Positions 42,451-54,460 of a DNA stretch of 64,000 nucleotides are shown here, piece by piece; the first letter of the stretch is position 1; every line of letters begins with the position of its first letter. The position numbers and the translations under genes were made by a program. Origin of the DNA: Octopus vulgaris (taxonomy: Eukaryota). A model generated the notes under the pieces. It made no database searches. It saw nothing but the letters and a program-made list of their open reading frames with translations, and was not told the origin of the DNA. The DNA lies in NCBI GenBank assembly GCA_951406725.2, contig OX597816.1, positions 158,162,001 through 158,226,000 on the forward strand. Direction: 5' to 3'.

Positions 42451-43089
42451 GATATCTGAAGTGAATGGTGTCCCGGGTCTTGTATTGATCTTGATAAAGC
42501 TTCTTGGGATTTTCACAGAAGTGATGTTTCTTAGGAGATAAACCAGTCACACCTAATTCCCATATCAACCACTTATTCAGCATCTCAGGAGGCATTATGT
42601 AATGAGTTTTATAAAAATATAATTTTGCATATCATTGCATTATAGCTGTCTTGCTTGTGCCTTACAATACATCATTACAATATGGAAACTGATATCGTGT
42701 GTTGCATCTAACACAAACATGCAGATATGATTCTATAATGTAAGTTGGCAGAATCACGAAAGCATTAACCAGATTGTCATGTAATATTTGTTCTGAATCT
42801 CTGCTCTCTGAGTTCAAATCCTACCAAAGTCAAGTTTGCCTTCCTTTTTTTTTTTTCCAAGTTGATAAATAAAATACCAGTCCAGTACTGGGGTTTATTT
42901 TTCTTCCCTTTGTAATATCCTTGCTCTCTCTGAAAGAAATCTGTTGTGTTCAGAGCTGAAAAGGGATGGGCTTTGCTAGGTTTAAAATACCCAAGACATT
43001 CCATATATCACAATGACATTCCTACAGCTCCATCAAGAGTTAAGAGCTGAAGGAAGGAATCCCTGTTGTAGTGATGCTCTAGCAATTAT

Positions 43090-43215
43090 TATCAAGTGCC
43101 AATGGTTCCAGCAATGCCATCACGCTTCAGGACCAGTTACTGCAACAGCCTAGGTTTCAAGGGCCCACAGCTTTTTAATATTCTCCCAAAGAGTCTGAGG
43201 AACTTGCACAAAATA
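43090..43215 (+). pseudogene. CR1/L2-group LINE ORF2 C-terminal fragment
   Basis: PAMPSRFRTSYCNSLGFKGPQLFNILPKSLRNLH resembles the NS...GP.LFN.LP..LRN motif of CR1-group ORF2 ends. Confidence 0.6.
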
Positions 43216-44089
43216 GAAAACAGTGGTACTTGGTGTATCCACCCTGCAAGCCTTTCCCAAGAGCAACAACCTCTAAGTCACCACAGAGCTGCCATTGTTG
43301 TTCGTAATATCTCTAGTGGATCTTGCATGCATGAAGTGGATTCGATCCACCATAGCCAAATTTAAATTAACACTGCAACAGAACTTTTCCCACGATGGAA
43401 CAATGGTTTTTCTCTGACATCAGTTTTACATTTTCCAGATGTCTTTAGCTAGGCCGAAATAATGTCTTCACTACTTGACCCTTTCTAATCTCTTCTACTT
43501 CACCAAAAGCTAGAATAGAGATAACAAGACCACCAACTAAATCTATTGTTCTCAATGATATATCTATCCTTTTGGATAGTTATATAAGCAAGCATACCCC
43601 AAGCAAAAATCAGTTAGTCACCAGTCGGTGACAACTCAATCCAGATAGACTTTGGTGATAACTCGTGAGTTAAGAGAGAGCTAACATCAGTTAGTGAACC
43701 AACCACTAGAATCATGGAAGCTGACAGACAAAATCGCCAGTGGGAAAAAGAAAGACAACGTCCCACACTCTCTCACTCTCACAAGCTCTAATTCTGTTCT
43801 CTTACAACATCATTCTATCTCTCTCTATAATTACCACTAAACAATGAAGAGAACACAAACTTTACTTTGCATGCTTTTGGATTGATCATAACCTGCCCGT
43901 AGAGGCAAGGTATTGTAACGTAATGGTAAATAAATACTTTCTTAAAACTTTATGCATTATTCATCTTTCACATCTTACAACATGCAATAATAACTAATTC
44001 TTATCGTCACAACTGCTGACTTCAACCAATAATGATAATGTTTACCAATCAAATTTCTACCCGTTACATATCTTTGGCAGAACTGATAG

Positions 44090-44913
44090 CTATCAGTGAA
44101 TTGGAATGTTTGGATATTCAATAGACTCCTTTTTCTTCTTTGACAACCCCTTTTGTACTGGGGTTACCATGCAGAAGTAACAATTGTTGGTATGGTATGT
44201 TGGTTCCTGCCATGTCATTGGCACAGCAAAAGGCATTTCTTTCCTCTTCTTGCATTCAACCATTGACAAAAGTTAGCAGCAGAAGTGTTGCAGTACATGT
44301 GAGGAGCCAAGTTCTTATCCTGGTTATCATCTTACATCCAAAATATAGGTGATATGCCTTTCTAACCATAGCAGTTATACGACGCTTCTGTGATGCATAG
44401 GTCACCCTACCACAAATGTAGCAGAAGTTGTCTGCCTTATTCACACATGTATGAGGCATCGGAAAGGAGAAAACAACAAACAATTAGAAGATAAACAAAA
44501 AAATTATTCATAAATTTATCACTATCATACAGAGCATGACAGCTTAGGAAAATTATTTATATTATTCAGAAGGAAAATGAAATTAATATAAGATGTCTCA
44601 CATGCATATCAAAAGATTGCTCGATGAATATTTATTATAAGTTTTAAAGAGTGTTCGACTAGGAAAATCACCTACCTATCACTCAAAATGTAAACTTGCA
44701 CCGCACAACCACCTTCTATTACTGCTGTAACAATACTGAATGGTAGTGAGACTATGAGTGTGGTAAGTATGTTGGGACATGTTGTAACACATAAGTCTAT
44801 CTCAAAGAGCAGAGCTAACAAACGAATTTAACCATGATATTCATTATCAGTGACCTAAAATTAATTGGAAATTTCTACTCTGGTCTCAGAAGCATTTTTG
44901 TTGCTCACCAGTG
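44090..44913 (-). mobile_element. 5' part of a Chapaev3-like (CMC) DNA transposon with a decayed Cys-rich transposase N-terminus
   Basis: Terminus CACTGGTGAGCAACAAAA at 44913; frameshifted translation MPHTCVNKADNFCYICG...KAYHLYFGCK / DNQDKNLAPHMYC / MPFAVPMTWQEPTYHTNNCYFCMV. Family assignment is from memory of these motifs. Confidence 0.65.
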
Positions 44914-45207
44914 TTATTGATACAAAAGAGAATCTATAATTTAGATATAGAAGCTGAAGGTTTCAAAGCAGTAATCCATAGCTATACTCCTCTTTGATTT
45001 TTGAAGAAATATTCACACAAACAGGGTAGCTGACCTCTGTGAGAGTGCATACTTTTCTTGTCTGTCCCAAACATTGACAAGTGGCTTGTTACGTTTGTAC
45101 CTGAAGTTTTGTTTGTATAGGACTGTTTTGACAGGACTGTTTCATGAGTGTGAGGGGAGAAGCAGGTATTGTGCATAGGGAAAGTGAGAGATGTATGGTA
45201 TTGGAGA

Positions 45208-45434
45208 GGCGAGCTGGTAGAAACGTTAGCACGCCGGGCGAAATGGTTAGCGGTATTTTGTCTGCGTTACGTTGTGAGTTCAAATTCCGCCGAGGTCGAC
45301 TTTGCCTTTCATCCTTTCGGGGTCGATAAATTAAGTACCAGTTACGCACTGGGGTCGATGTAATCGACTTAATACCTATGTCTGTCCTTGTTTGTCCCCT
45401 CTGTGTTTAGCCCCTTGTGGGTAATAAAGAAATA
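45208..45434 (+). mobile_element. SINE family A, full-length young copy with 11-bp TSD
   Basis: TSD ggtattggaga at 45197-45207 and 45435-45445; tRNA-like head with B box gagttcaaattcc; CpGs retained. Confidence 0.93.
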
Positions 45435-45804
45435 GGTATTGGAGAAGGGGAAATGGTTTGGTGGCACAGAAGCATGATCAATGTAAAATGTAGATGGTTG
45501 TAGAATGACAGTATTAAGAATGGAAGATAGATGTCAAGGGAAATTACATCAGAGAATGAGATAAATAAGTGGTCTCAGACAGAAAGTTGATGAAATATGC
45601 AGTTCTAATGACATTTAATTATAGTAGTAGAATATTATAGAGAGGTACGGACAGGAGGCTCAGTAATAGAGAGAGATGATGGCTGACGGGAATGGTTTGA
45701 AGAGGCAATTGGGCAAGGGGCCTAGTTATGCATATATATCATCATCCTCATCATCATCATCATCATGTATGTATGTATATATATATATATATATATATCA
45801 TCAT

Positions 45805-45847
<43 letters not shown>

Positions 45848-45996
45848 ATAGTGTACATTTAAACACAAGAGAAAACTACCTTTAACAGGTAATTTTTACA
45901 CGCTAGAAGAAGCAGTCAAAATGACCAAAACTACATTTAAGAGCAATTTTCAAAGGGAATGAAAAGTAAAAACTTTTACCTTGTTATTTTTTTATG

Positions 45997-46063
45997 GTTA
46001 TACCTAGGTTTCAGATTTCTTTAGCAAATAAAATAATTTGCTAGGCGAATCCTCATCAGTAAC
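45997..46063 (-). ncRNA. Type I hammerhead ribozyme, intact core, extended stem II
   Basis: GUUA-CUGAUGA-GGAUU..UAGCAAAU(UAUUUU)AUUUGCUA..AAUCU-GAA-ACCUAGGU-A-UAAC: stem I GUUA/UAAC, palindromic stem III ACCUAGGU, GUA cleavage triplet. Confidence 0.8.
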
Positions 46064-46432
46064 TGTACCATAACATTAACATATAATATAGAGACAAATA
46101 TATTTACATATATATAAAGACAAATATATTTACGTATATATAAATATAAATATATATATATAATACATGAGTCAAGGAAAAGATGCACTTGTATATCTTT
46201 CAATAGAGTGGCTATATTATCTGAAATATATAGTATTATATATCCATCATGGCTGAGAGAGAACAGTTGCCATATTCTCTTCCATATCAGCTAACTTTGA
46301 TGAGCATAAGGTTATATAATCAAATTGTTACCTAACACTCCATTGTATTCCTTGTGTGAAACTGATTGGTAAGATCAGCCATGATGAATATACAATACCA
46401 TATATTTCAGATAATATATATATGTGTGTGTA

Positions 46433-46464
<32 letters not shown>

Positions 46465-46589
46465 GAGAGAGAGAAAGAGAGAGAAAATGACAGACAGACA
46501 CATACATAAATACATACATTCAGATGTGTGTGTGCACATGCGTGTGTGTTGGTTGCACTTCCAGAAACTTTAGTTTTGCTGAGATGGGC

Positions 46590-46865
46590 ATATTTTCTCA
46601 AGTACCACATACCACTGGTCATTCGGGTCCTTTGTCATCTCGTCTGAGAGGTTTACAGTCTTGAGACAAGCTTTCACTGCCTTATCTCACGTCTTCCTTA
46701 GTTTCCTGCTCTTACAAGCTCCATTCACCGAAAGTGACCACCACCTCTATATGAAGTTCTTATCCATATGCATTATATACCTGTGTAATATTTTCCCTTG
46801 CACACTACATCTAATTTCTTTATGCCAAATTTTTCTCTCAACACATTTGTGCTTTGTCATTCATG
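46590..46865 (-). pseudogene. Old RTE ORF C-terminal fragment
   Basis: Reverse complement aligns by eye with 53230-53500 (ttgagagaaaaatttggcataaaga...atatggataagaac...gaagacgtgagataaggcagtgaa). Confidence 0.6.
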
Positions 46866-47039
46866 TATGTGAAAAAGCATGTTGCAGCCTAATGGTTAGA
46901 GCATCAGGTTTACGATCATAGGGTTGTTGATTAATTCTCATGCAGGGTAGTATATTGATTCCTTGAAAAGACTTCTGGCACCAACTGGAGAATAATCTTG
47001 CAATGAACTGGCACCCTCCTGTTCAGACTGTGTAGTAGC

Positions 47040-47340
47040 AGTTGTTCTTTCTCGAGCCACACCTGCCTCATAAGGGCCGGTTTTCCGGTTTCCTTGGCGT
47101 ATAGGTTCCCCACCTGGACGGGATGCTGGTCCATCGCAGGTGTGCGGCAAGATGCATGAGGAAAGAGTGAGAGAAAGTTGAGGTGAAAGAGTTAGCAGAA
47201 GTTGCCATTACCTTCTGCCGGAGCCGCTTGGAGCTTAGGTGTTTCACTCATAAACGCACACATCGCCTGGTCTGAAATTCAAACCTGCGATCCCTCGACT
47301 GCAAGTCCGCTGCTCTAACCACTAGGCCATGTGCCTCCAC
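47040..47340 (-). mobile_element. tRNA-headed SINE family E
   Basis: Colinear with 18621-18904. Confidence 0.9.
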
Positions 47341-48589
47341 ATGTGTAGTGGCAGAGGTGGGAGTGACTCTTGGTTGCCTAATATCTCTGAAAATCTGGGT
47401 AAGTCCTAGCTCTCATGAGCCCTTTAGTCTGAAGGCAGACTTTCTATATATGGTGTATCAGTGGTTTATATCTATAATTTTCCAGAGAGACATTGGTTCT
47501 TTTTGAGTAAACACCTTCTGAGATGGCACTGTAAATAACTGAATTATATACATATGCACATCATCTGACTTTATTTTCATTCCATCTCAGAATGAAGAAT
47601 GACAAAATCTACCTTAGAATGTTTTAATATTTGTGTGGTTGAGTGAAATGCCAAACTTATAATAAAAGGAAACATTATTCCGACTTGTTATTGGTTTGGC
47701 ATTCTCCCCTTCTCTATTTTCATTAATATACTCCATGCTTCACTATAGATATGTATAATATATCACTGAAGCTAATTCATCCTTCAGTCTTTTTGTTTTA
47801 ATTTCCTGGTTTTCTGCTTATTTTTACCATGGAATATGTCATTCTAACACAGAAATGACAAAACTGCAATTTTTGCTTTGTTTTAAAATTTGATATCATT
47901 GTCAAAATTAATCACTTTTAGTTATTTTTTTTTATTTTATCCGTTTCCAAAAATGCTTGGCGTGGAAATTCAATAAAATCAGCCCCTTACAGCACGGAAA
48001 TATGAAAAAGGAAAAATAAATAAATAAGTAAATAAACAAATAAATAAATAAATAAATAAATAAATAAATGAATAATAAAGGAGAAAAGGGAAATAAATAA
48101 ATAAAAAAACCAATCAATCAATGAAACAATTTTTGAAACATTAGATTTTTATGTCTGAGTGAATATTGGCCACAGATCTATTGATCAGATACCAGAAACC
48201 TACATTGGTAATATTAAGCCAATAATACTTGCAATATTACTTGATGAAAGGAATCAGAATGGTTGTTTATTCTCTGGAAGAGATATTATTTAAGATATTT
48301 ACTTTATTATAGACTTTGGGTGTTAGTTACTATGGACGGGCAGAAATTTAATTAGCAGCTAGAAGGCTATTCCTTTTTTTTTTGTTGTTGTTGTCTTTTG
48401 TTTTTATTTTTCTTGTTTATTTGGCTTACTGACAAAACACTAAGACAATAATTTGGAGGCTGTTGTTGTTGTTGTTGTTACTGTTTTTGTTGTTGTTGCA
48501 GCTGCTCTTACAAGATAATATGTAGTTAGCTCTGAGTTTATCAACGGATAGAGAATAGACCCTTGATTTCAAACTCACCATTCTGTGTA

Positions 48590-48659
<70 letters not shown>

Positions 48660-49089
48660 TGTGCATGTGTGAGTATGTGTGAGTGTGTGAGTGTGTGCGT
48701 GCATGTGTGTGTGAGTGCGTGTGGTATACTTGGTCAACTGCACATTTAATTCCACATGTCTCAGTTCATTCCATGTCAATAATGGGTCCCATATCTCTTG
48801 GGGAATGATATCACTCATCTGCTTAATGCCATTAAACCATATCAAGGAATTTCCCATTAAATATCTCATGGGACTTTGCAAATATTTACATTTATTTTTA
48901 GTAGTTACATAGCTAACTGCTCTGAATCCAAGGCTCACAATGACTGACTTAACTGTATCCAAGCTCTATAACTTCTGTATAATTTAGTCTTCAAATGTTA
49001 TACTTTAATTAGACCTTGATAAAGTTGCTTTATTATGTATAACTGATAACCAAAGTTAAAGGTCAATAAAGTTAATAAAGAGAAAATAT

Positions 49090-49305
49090 TGGTTTCAAAT
49101 TTTGGCATTGGACCAGCAATTTGGGAGAATGGGGTTAAGTTGATTAAATCAACCCCAGGACTCAACTGATACTTACTTCATCAACCCCGAAAGGATGAAA
49201 GTTCAAGTTAACCTTGGCAGAATTTGAACCCAGGACGTAATGATGGATGAAATTCCATTAAGCATTTTGTCCAATGTCCTAATGCTTCTGCCAGTTCACT
49301 TCCTT
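49090..49305 (-). mobile_element. SINE family A, diverged
   Basis: tcaaccccgaaaggatgaaag...cagaatttgaacc...ttctgccagttcac. Confidence 0.8.
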
Positions 49306-49362
49306 AAAGAGGGAAAAATATTAGCCTCTCTGTTCTTAGATTATGAATCCATTTACTGACAG

Positions 49363-49396
<34 letters not shown>

Positions 49397-49590
49397 TGTT
49401 GTCATTTAACGTCCATGCAGCATGGACTTCTGTCAGTGAACAGATCATGGTTTCAAAGCAATGAAAATATTTTGACAAGTTAAATTTAAATGTTGAAGAG
49501 AATCTAATGGTTTTTGTGTGTTTTTAAATGATTTATAAACATCTTCCACATGGCAATTGTTTATATATATTTATATATATATATTTACAT

Positions 49591-49886
49591 ATATCTTAAA
49601 TAAAATGTGACAACAAATCCAAGGCAAAGTGAAATTTCTAGGGCATTTATAAAGAGAAAGCTAGTCATACAACTCTTTCAGAAATATAAAAGATATCCCA
49701 TCATCAGAGATGATATGAGGGTTAACTAGGGGGAAATAGTAGAGTTTCTTCTAGTTAACTCTCTCATATCGTCTCTGATGTTATCTTTTATATCCCTGAA
49801 ACAGCTGTAAGACTACCTTTCTCTTTATAAATATCCTAGAAATTTCACACTACTTTGGTTTTGTTGTCTCATTTTATTTAAAATAT
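49591..49886. mobile_element. About 296-bp palindromic element with a hammerhead motif in each arm
   Basis: Arms are reverse complements around about 49740. Left arm (minus, 49664-49711): AUCU-CUGAUGA-U-GGGAUAU(CUUUU)AUAUUUC-U-GAAA. Right arm (plus, 49771-49813): GUCU-CUGAUG..AUAUCCC-U-GAA-ACAGCUGU-A-AGAC. Confidence 0.8.
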
Positions 49887-50034
49887 ACACACTCACACAC
49901 TACCCATTTACACTCCTCACTGATACTATTATTGAACCAGGAGTCTAACAGTGGTCCTTCTATAGCACTTACATAGCCTTACCTGCCTTTTGGGTCTCCT
50001 AGATACCAAAACCTCTCGTATATTTACATACATA

Positions 50035-50435
50035 TCATCATCATCATCATCATCATTTAACATCTGCTTTCCATGCTAGCGTGGGTTGGATGATTTGACA
50101 AAGGACTGGCGAACCAGATGGCTGTGCCAGGCTCCAATCTGATCTGGCAGAGTTTCTACAGCTGGATGCCCTTCCTAACGCCAACCACTCCGAGAGTGTA
50201 GTGGGTGCTTTTACGTGTCACCGGCACAAGGGCCAATATATATATATATATACATAAATGTGTATAAAAAGCACCCACTACACTCACGGAGTGGTTGGCG
50301 TTAGGAAGGGCATCCAGCCGTAGAAACACTGCCAAATCTGACTGGGCCTGATGAAGCCTTCCGGCTTCAGAGACCCCAGTTAAACCGTCCAACCCATGCT
50401 AGCATGGAAAACGGACGCTAAATGATGATGATGAT
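50035..50435. mobile_element. Inverted (head-to-head) pair of RTE-tail family C elements
   Basis: 50035-50235 minus and 50265-50435 plus; both carry ggatgcccttcctaacgccaaccactcc and (CAT)/(GAT) tails. Confidence 0.88.
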
Positions 50436-50479
50436 ATATATATATATATATATAAAGTTTGGAGATGATACACAGGTAT

Positions 50480-50888
50480 TATATATTAGAAGAAATGAGG
50501 TACTCAGAAATCTGGATGGTTTTATATTTACAGATATTTATTAATATGTCACATGTTTTTATAAATCGTATATTAGCACTTGCGTCCACTCTAGTAGGGG
50601 TGGAGAGAGAGATATAAGATAGTACAAGAGTGTGAGAAATGGGGAGAAAGTGAGACATACACTCTTTATCACTTTCTCCCCATTCCTCACCCTCTTGTAC
50701 TATCTTATATCTCTCTCCACCCCTACACTCAATAATACTATAAAATGAGACAAAATTCCTGAAAAAGTTCAATCTGACAACTCCACTAGAGTGGACGCAA
50801 GCGCTAATATATGATTTATAAAAACATGTGACATATTAATAAATATCTGTAAATATAAAACCATCCAGATTTCTGAGTACCTCATTTC

Positions 50889-50900
<12 letters not shown>
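50480..50900. repeat. About 420-bp near-perfect palindrome with a one-sided insert of about 58 nt
   Basis: Outer arms 50480-50595 / 50785-50900, inner arms 50594-50653 / 50669-50726; right end runs into (TA)n. Confidence 0.9.
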
Positions 50901-50919
<19 letters not shown>

Positions 50920-51437
50920 GATTCCGAATTCCTTTTGCCAAGTCTGTCCGTAAACGAAGTGATCCCAAGATAAGAAATCTTTGAACTTTAATTCATCCCG
51001 TATCTCTATTTATTATTTATTATTTATTATTTATTATTTATCATTATTCTGATCCCCCTAGTCGCCACTCTGTTTACTATTTCAGCCTCGCCTCGTTTTT
51101 GCATATTCTGTATAATTCATTAGTTATCGTTATAGATATTTAAGATCTATCTCCCTTACAGGGCTGATAGAATTGGCCGCCGATTATTCGCGGCGCGCCC
51201 CCCCCCCCCCCCCCCACCAATACCACCAATACCGGATATCTCTATTTTGCTCCAACTATACCGGATGTTGTTTCTCCCACCACCATTATAGGTGTCTACT
51301 CTTTGAACCCCCCTCTTCAATACGCTATTTCACCATGCATTACCCCTCTCTTGATATTCTACGTTCTACTTGCCTAGAACCTGTCCTCTGAACCACCCCT
51401 CCCACTGGTGCTCCCCTATATTTCTGCACCCCCCCCC

Positions 51438-51680
51438 ATAAAAAGCACCATCCGAACGTGGCCGATGCCAGACCCCTCTGGCACCTGTGCAGGTGGCACG
51501 TAAAAAACACCCACTACACTCGTGGAGTGGTTGGCGTTAGGAAGGGCATCCAGCTGTAGAAACACTGCCAGACTAGACTGGAGCCTGGGGCAGTCCCGAG
51601 CTCCCCAGACCCCGGTCGAAACCGTCCAACCCATGCTAGCGCGGAAAACGGACGTTAAACGATGATGATGATGATGATGA
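51438..51680 (+). mobile_element. RTE-tail family C element, young
   Basis: ggtggcacgtaaaaaacacccactacactcgtggagtggttggcgttaggaagggcatccagc...gacgttaaacgatgatgat. Confidence 0.88.
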
Positions 51681-51726
51681 TATAATATATCTGTAAATTA
51701 ATATGTGACAATTATTCGGTAGCCAT

Positions 51727-51787
51727 GATAAAACTCCGAGTTTTGGATGTTTGTGCGGAAACCCATGCTGGCATCTCTTCAGTTATC
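51727..51787 (-). ncRNA. Type I hammerhead motif with one core substitution, near the end of an element (about 51683-52612) carrying about 170-bp tandem duplications
   Basis: GAUAA-CUGAAGA-GAUG...CAUC-C-AAA(G12>A)-ACUC(G)GAGU-U-UUAUC; stem I GAUAA/UUAUC. Confidence 0.65.
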
Positions 51788-52614
51788 AGGCCATCAAAAA
51801 AATGCAATGAAAATGACCGTTGAACATAGGGAAATTACTGTGTGATTGACCGTTATTAAGACAAAAGAGCTATTAGAATGACCGCTAAGTAAGGGAAGAG
51901 AGTAAAGGTAAGAGAGTAAAAATGTTCATAGTAATCGCATAAGCACATGTATCCATACATACACACATGCACCCGCACACCCACATACATGTGCCTATAT
52001 GTATATACTCATCCACCCTCACTTGAAACACACAAGCTCACCCACATATTTGCCAAAAAATATATATACATACCTGCATACATGCTTGCGCACACACACA
52101 TACGCACAAAAGTGGTTCATACACATATCTATATACGCATATGCACAAGAATAAACAGGGCTAAAGGCAAAATACAGAAAAATGTGTAAAAAAATGTAAA
52201 AAATAAGCAATAAGGGTAAAACACATCTATATATGCACATACTCGCATGCACGCACACACATGCACAAAAAAGTTCATACACATGTCTATATATGCACAT
52301 GCACAAGAATAAACAGGGCTAAAGGTAAAATAAAGAAAAAATGTATAAAAAAGTGTAAAAAATAAGCAATAAGAGTAAAACACGCCTATTTATGCACATA
52401 TTCACATGCACACACACACACATCTATATATGCACATACCTGCACACATGCACACATCCACACACATGCACGAAAAATTCCATATACACATTTATATATG
52501 CATAGAAAAAATGCAGAGTGGAAGGTAGAATATAGAAAAATTATGTGTAAAAAATATATGAGCAATACAACTATGAAACAATAACTCTATAAATATGTAA
52601 AAAAATATATATAA

Positions 52615-54071
52615 GGATCGGTCCTAAGTCCCCTCTTCATAGTCCTCTAGGTAACAACACAGGAATTTAAGACATACTGCCCCTGGGAGCTCCTCTATAC
52701 TGATGACCATGTTCTCATAGCTGAATCACTACCAGAATGAGAGAGGTTCCAGGTATGGAAGCAAAGTCTAGAATCAAAGGGCCTTAAACCTAGCAAAAAC
52801 CAGTTTTAGTAAGTAGGAAGGCAGACAAATCACAAGTTCCTTCAGGTAGATTACCCTGCTCGATCTGTTGAAAAGATGTTAGTAGTAACTCTGAAAGATG
52901 CACCTGGTGTAAGCTTTGGACACATAAAAGGTGCAGCAATATCAGAGGAAGGTTAAAACAGGAAGCTTTTGTGCATGGTAGATACACAGGTATAATAAAC
53001 ACTGAAAATGTACAGAAAATAGACTCCATCAACTACCATGGAGGTAAGGTAGAGGTTGTAGATAGCTTCCGTTACCTCTCAGTGTGAAAGGCAGATTGTA
53101 TGATGCCTGTGTGTGAACAGCTATGCTAAATGGATATGAAATGTAGGCTGTGACAGCTGAGGACATGTGTAGGCTTGAAAGAAATGAAGTCAGTATGCTT
53201 TGCTGAATGTGCAATGTCAGTGTGCATGTTTGACAGAGTGTAAGCATCTTGAGAGAAAAGTTAGACATAAGAGGCATCAGATGTGGTGTGCAAGAGAGAA
53301 GACCATGCTGGTATGGTCATGTGATGTGTATGGATGAGGACAGCTATGTAAAGAAGTGTCGATCCCTTAAATGTGGAGGGAACCTGGAGTAGAGATAGAC
53401 CCAGGTAAATATGGGATGATGTGGTGAAGCATGATCTCCAAACTTAGGGCCTCATATAGGCAATGACTAGCAACCGAGACCTTTGGTGATATGCTGTGCT
53501 TGAGAAGATCCATCAAGCCAAGTGAAATCACAGTCATGGCTGATGCTGGCACCCATGCAGGTAGCATATAAAAAGCACATTTCGAGAGTTGAACCTCAAA
53601 GAGGTAAAGTGATTGAGCTCCTTTCAAATGTTGGGCCTCATAGAGGCAATGACCAAGACTTTTGGCATTATGTTGTGCTTAAGAAGAAGACCCATCAAGC
53701 CAAGTAAAACCAAAGTTATGGCAGATACTGGCATCATGCAAATGGCACCTATGCTGGTGGCACATAAAAGCACCTTTCGAGCATTGGACCTCACATAGGC
53801 AAAAACCGAGACCATTTGGCATTATGCCATGCTGGAGAAGAAGACCCATCAAGCCAAGTAAAACAGTCATGGGAGATAGCGGTGTCATGCAAATGGCACG
53901 TGTACTGGTGGTATGTAAAAACACCCATTACACTCTTGGAGTGGTTGGCATTAGGAACAGCATCCAGCTGTAAAAACCATACCAAAATAGACTGGAGTCT
54001 GATGCAGCTTTCCAGTTTGCTAGTGCAGGTCAAACTGGCCAACCCATGCCAGCATGGACAACGGACATCGA

Positions 54072-54139
<68 letters not shown>
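52615..54139 (+). mobile_element. 5'-truncated, decayed RTE-clade LINE (RT domain to 3' tail)
   Basis: GSVLSPLFIVL*VTTQEFKTYCPWELLYTDDHVLIAESL (YADD region), WKQSLESKGLK, LREKLDIRGIRCGVQERRPCWYGHVMCMD; 3' UTR with about 165-180 bp repeats (ccatcaagccaagt x3) and a (GAT)n tail. Confidence 0.92.
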
Positions 54140-54460
54140 ATATATTGTTAATTTGTTCTTCATTGAGTACACAGGGGTTGGAAGACCCCTTGTATTTTCC
54201 CTTGCCAGCTGATGTAATATACTGGTATTGAGAGCAATCAGCTGACACACTTAGACACTTGTTCAAGGACTTCCCAAGCCTATTACCATTTTTGCTTGAT
54301 CTTAAAGAATCCATTTTTTCCAGTACAGGAGGTAGGGATTTCAATCCAGAATATACTATACTGAACCAGACACTACAACACATCTCACCTGACACACTCT
54401 AACTCAGAGGGCAGCGAGCAGGAGTAGACACTGCAAGGCATCCAATCTGATGCTCTACAC

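Noticed and set aside
50344-50380. CTGATGA followed by a hairpin in RTE tails (also 35500-35520)
   Set aside because: No GAAA after the hairpin and no stem I/III closure; not a hammerhead
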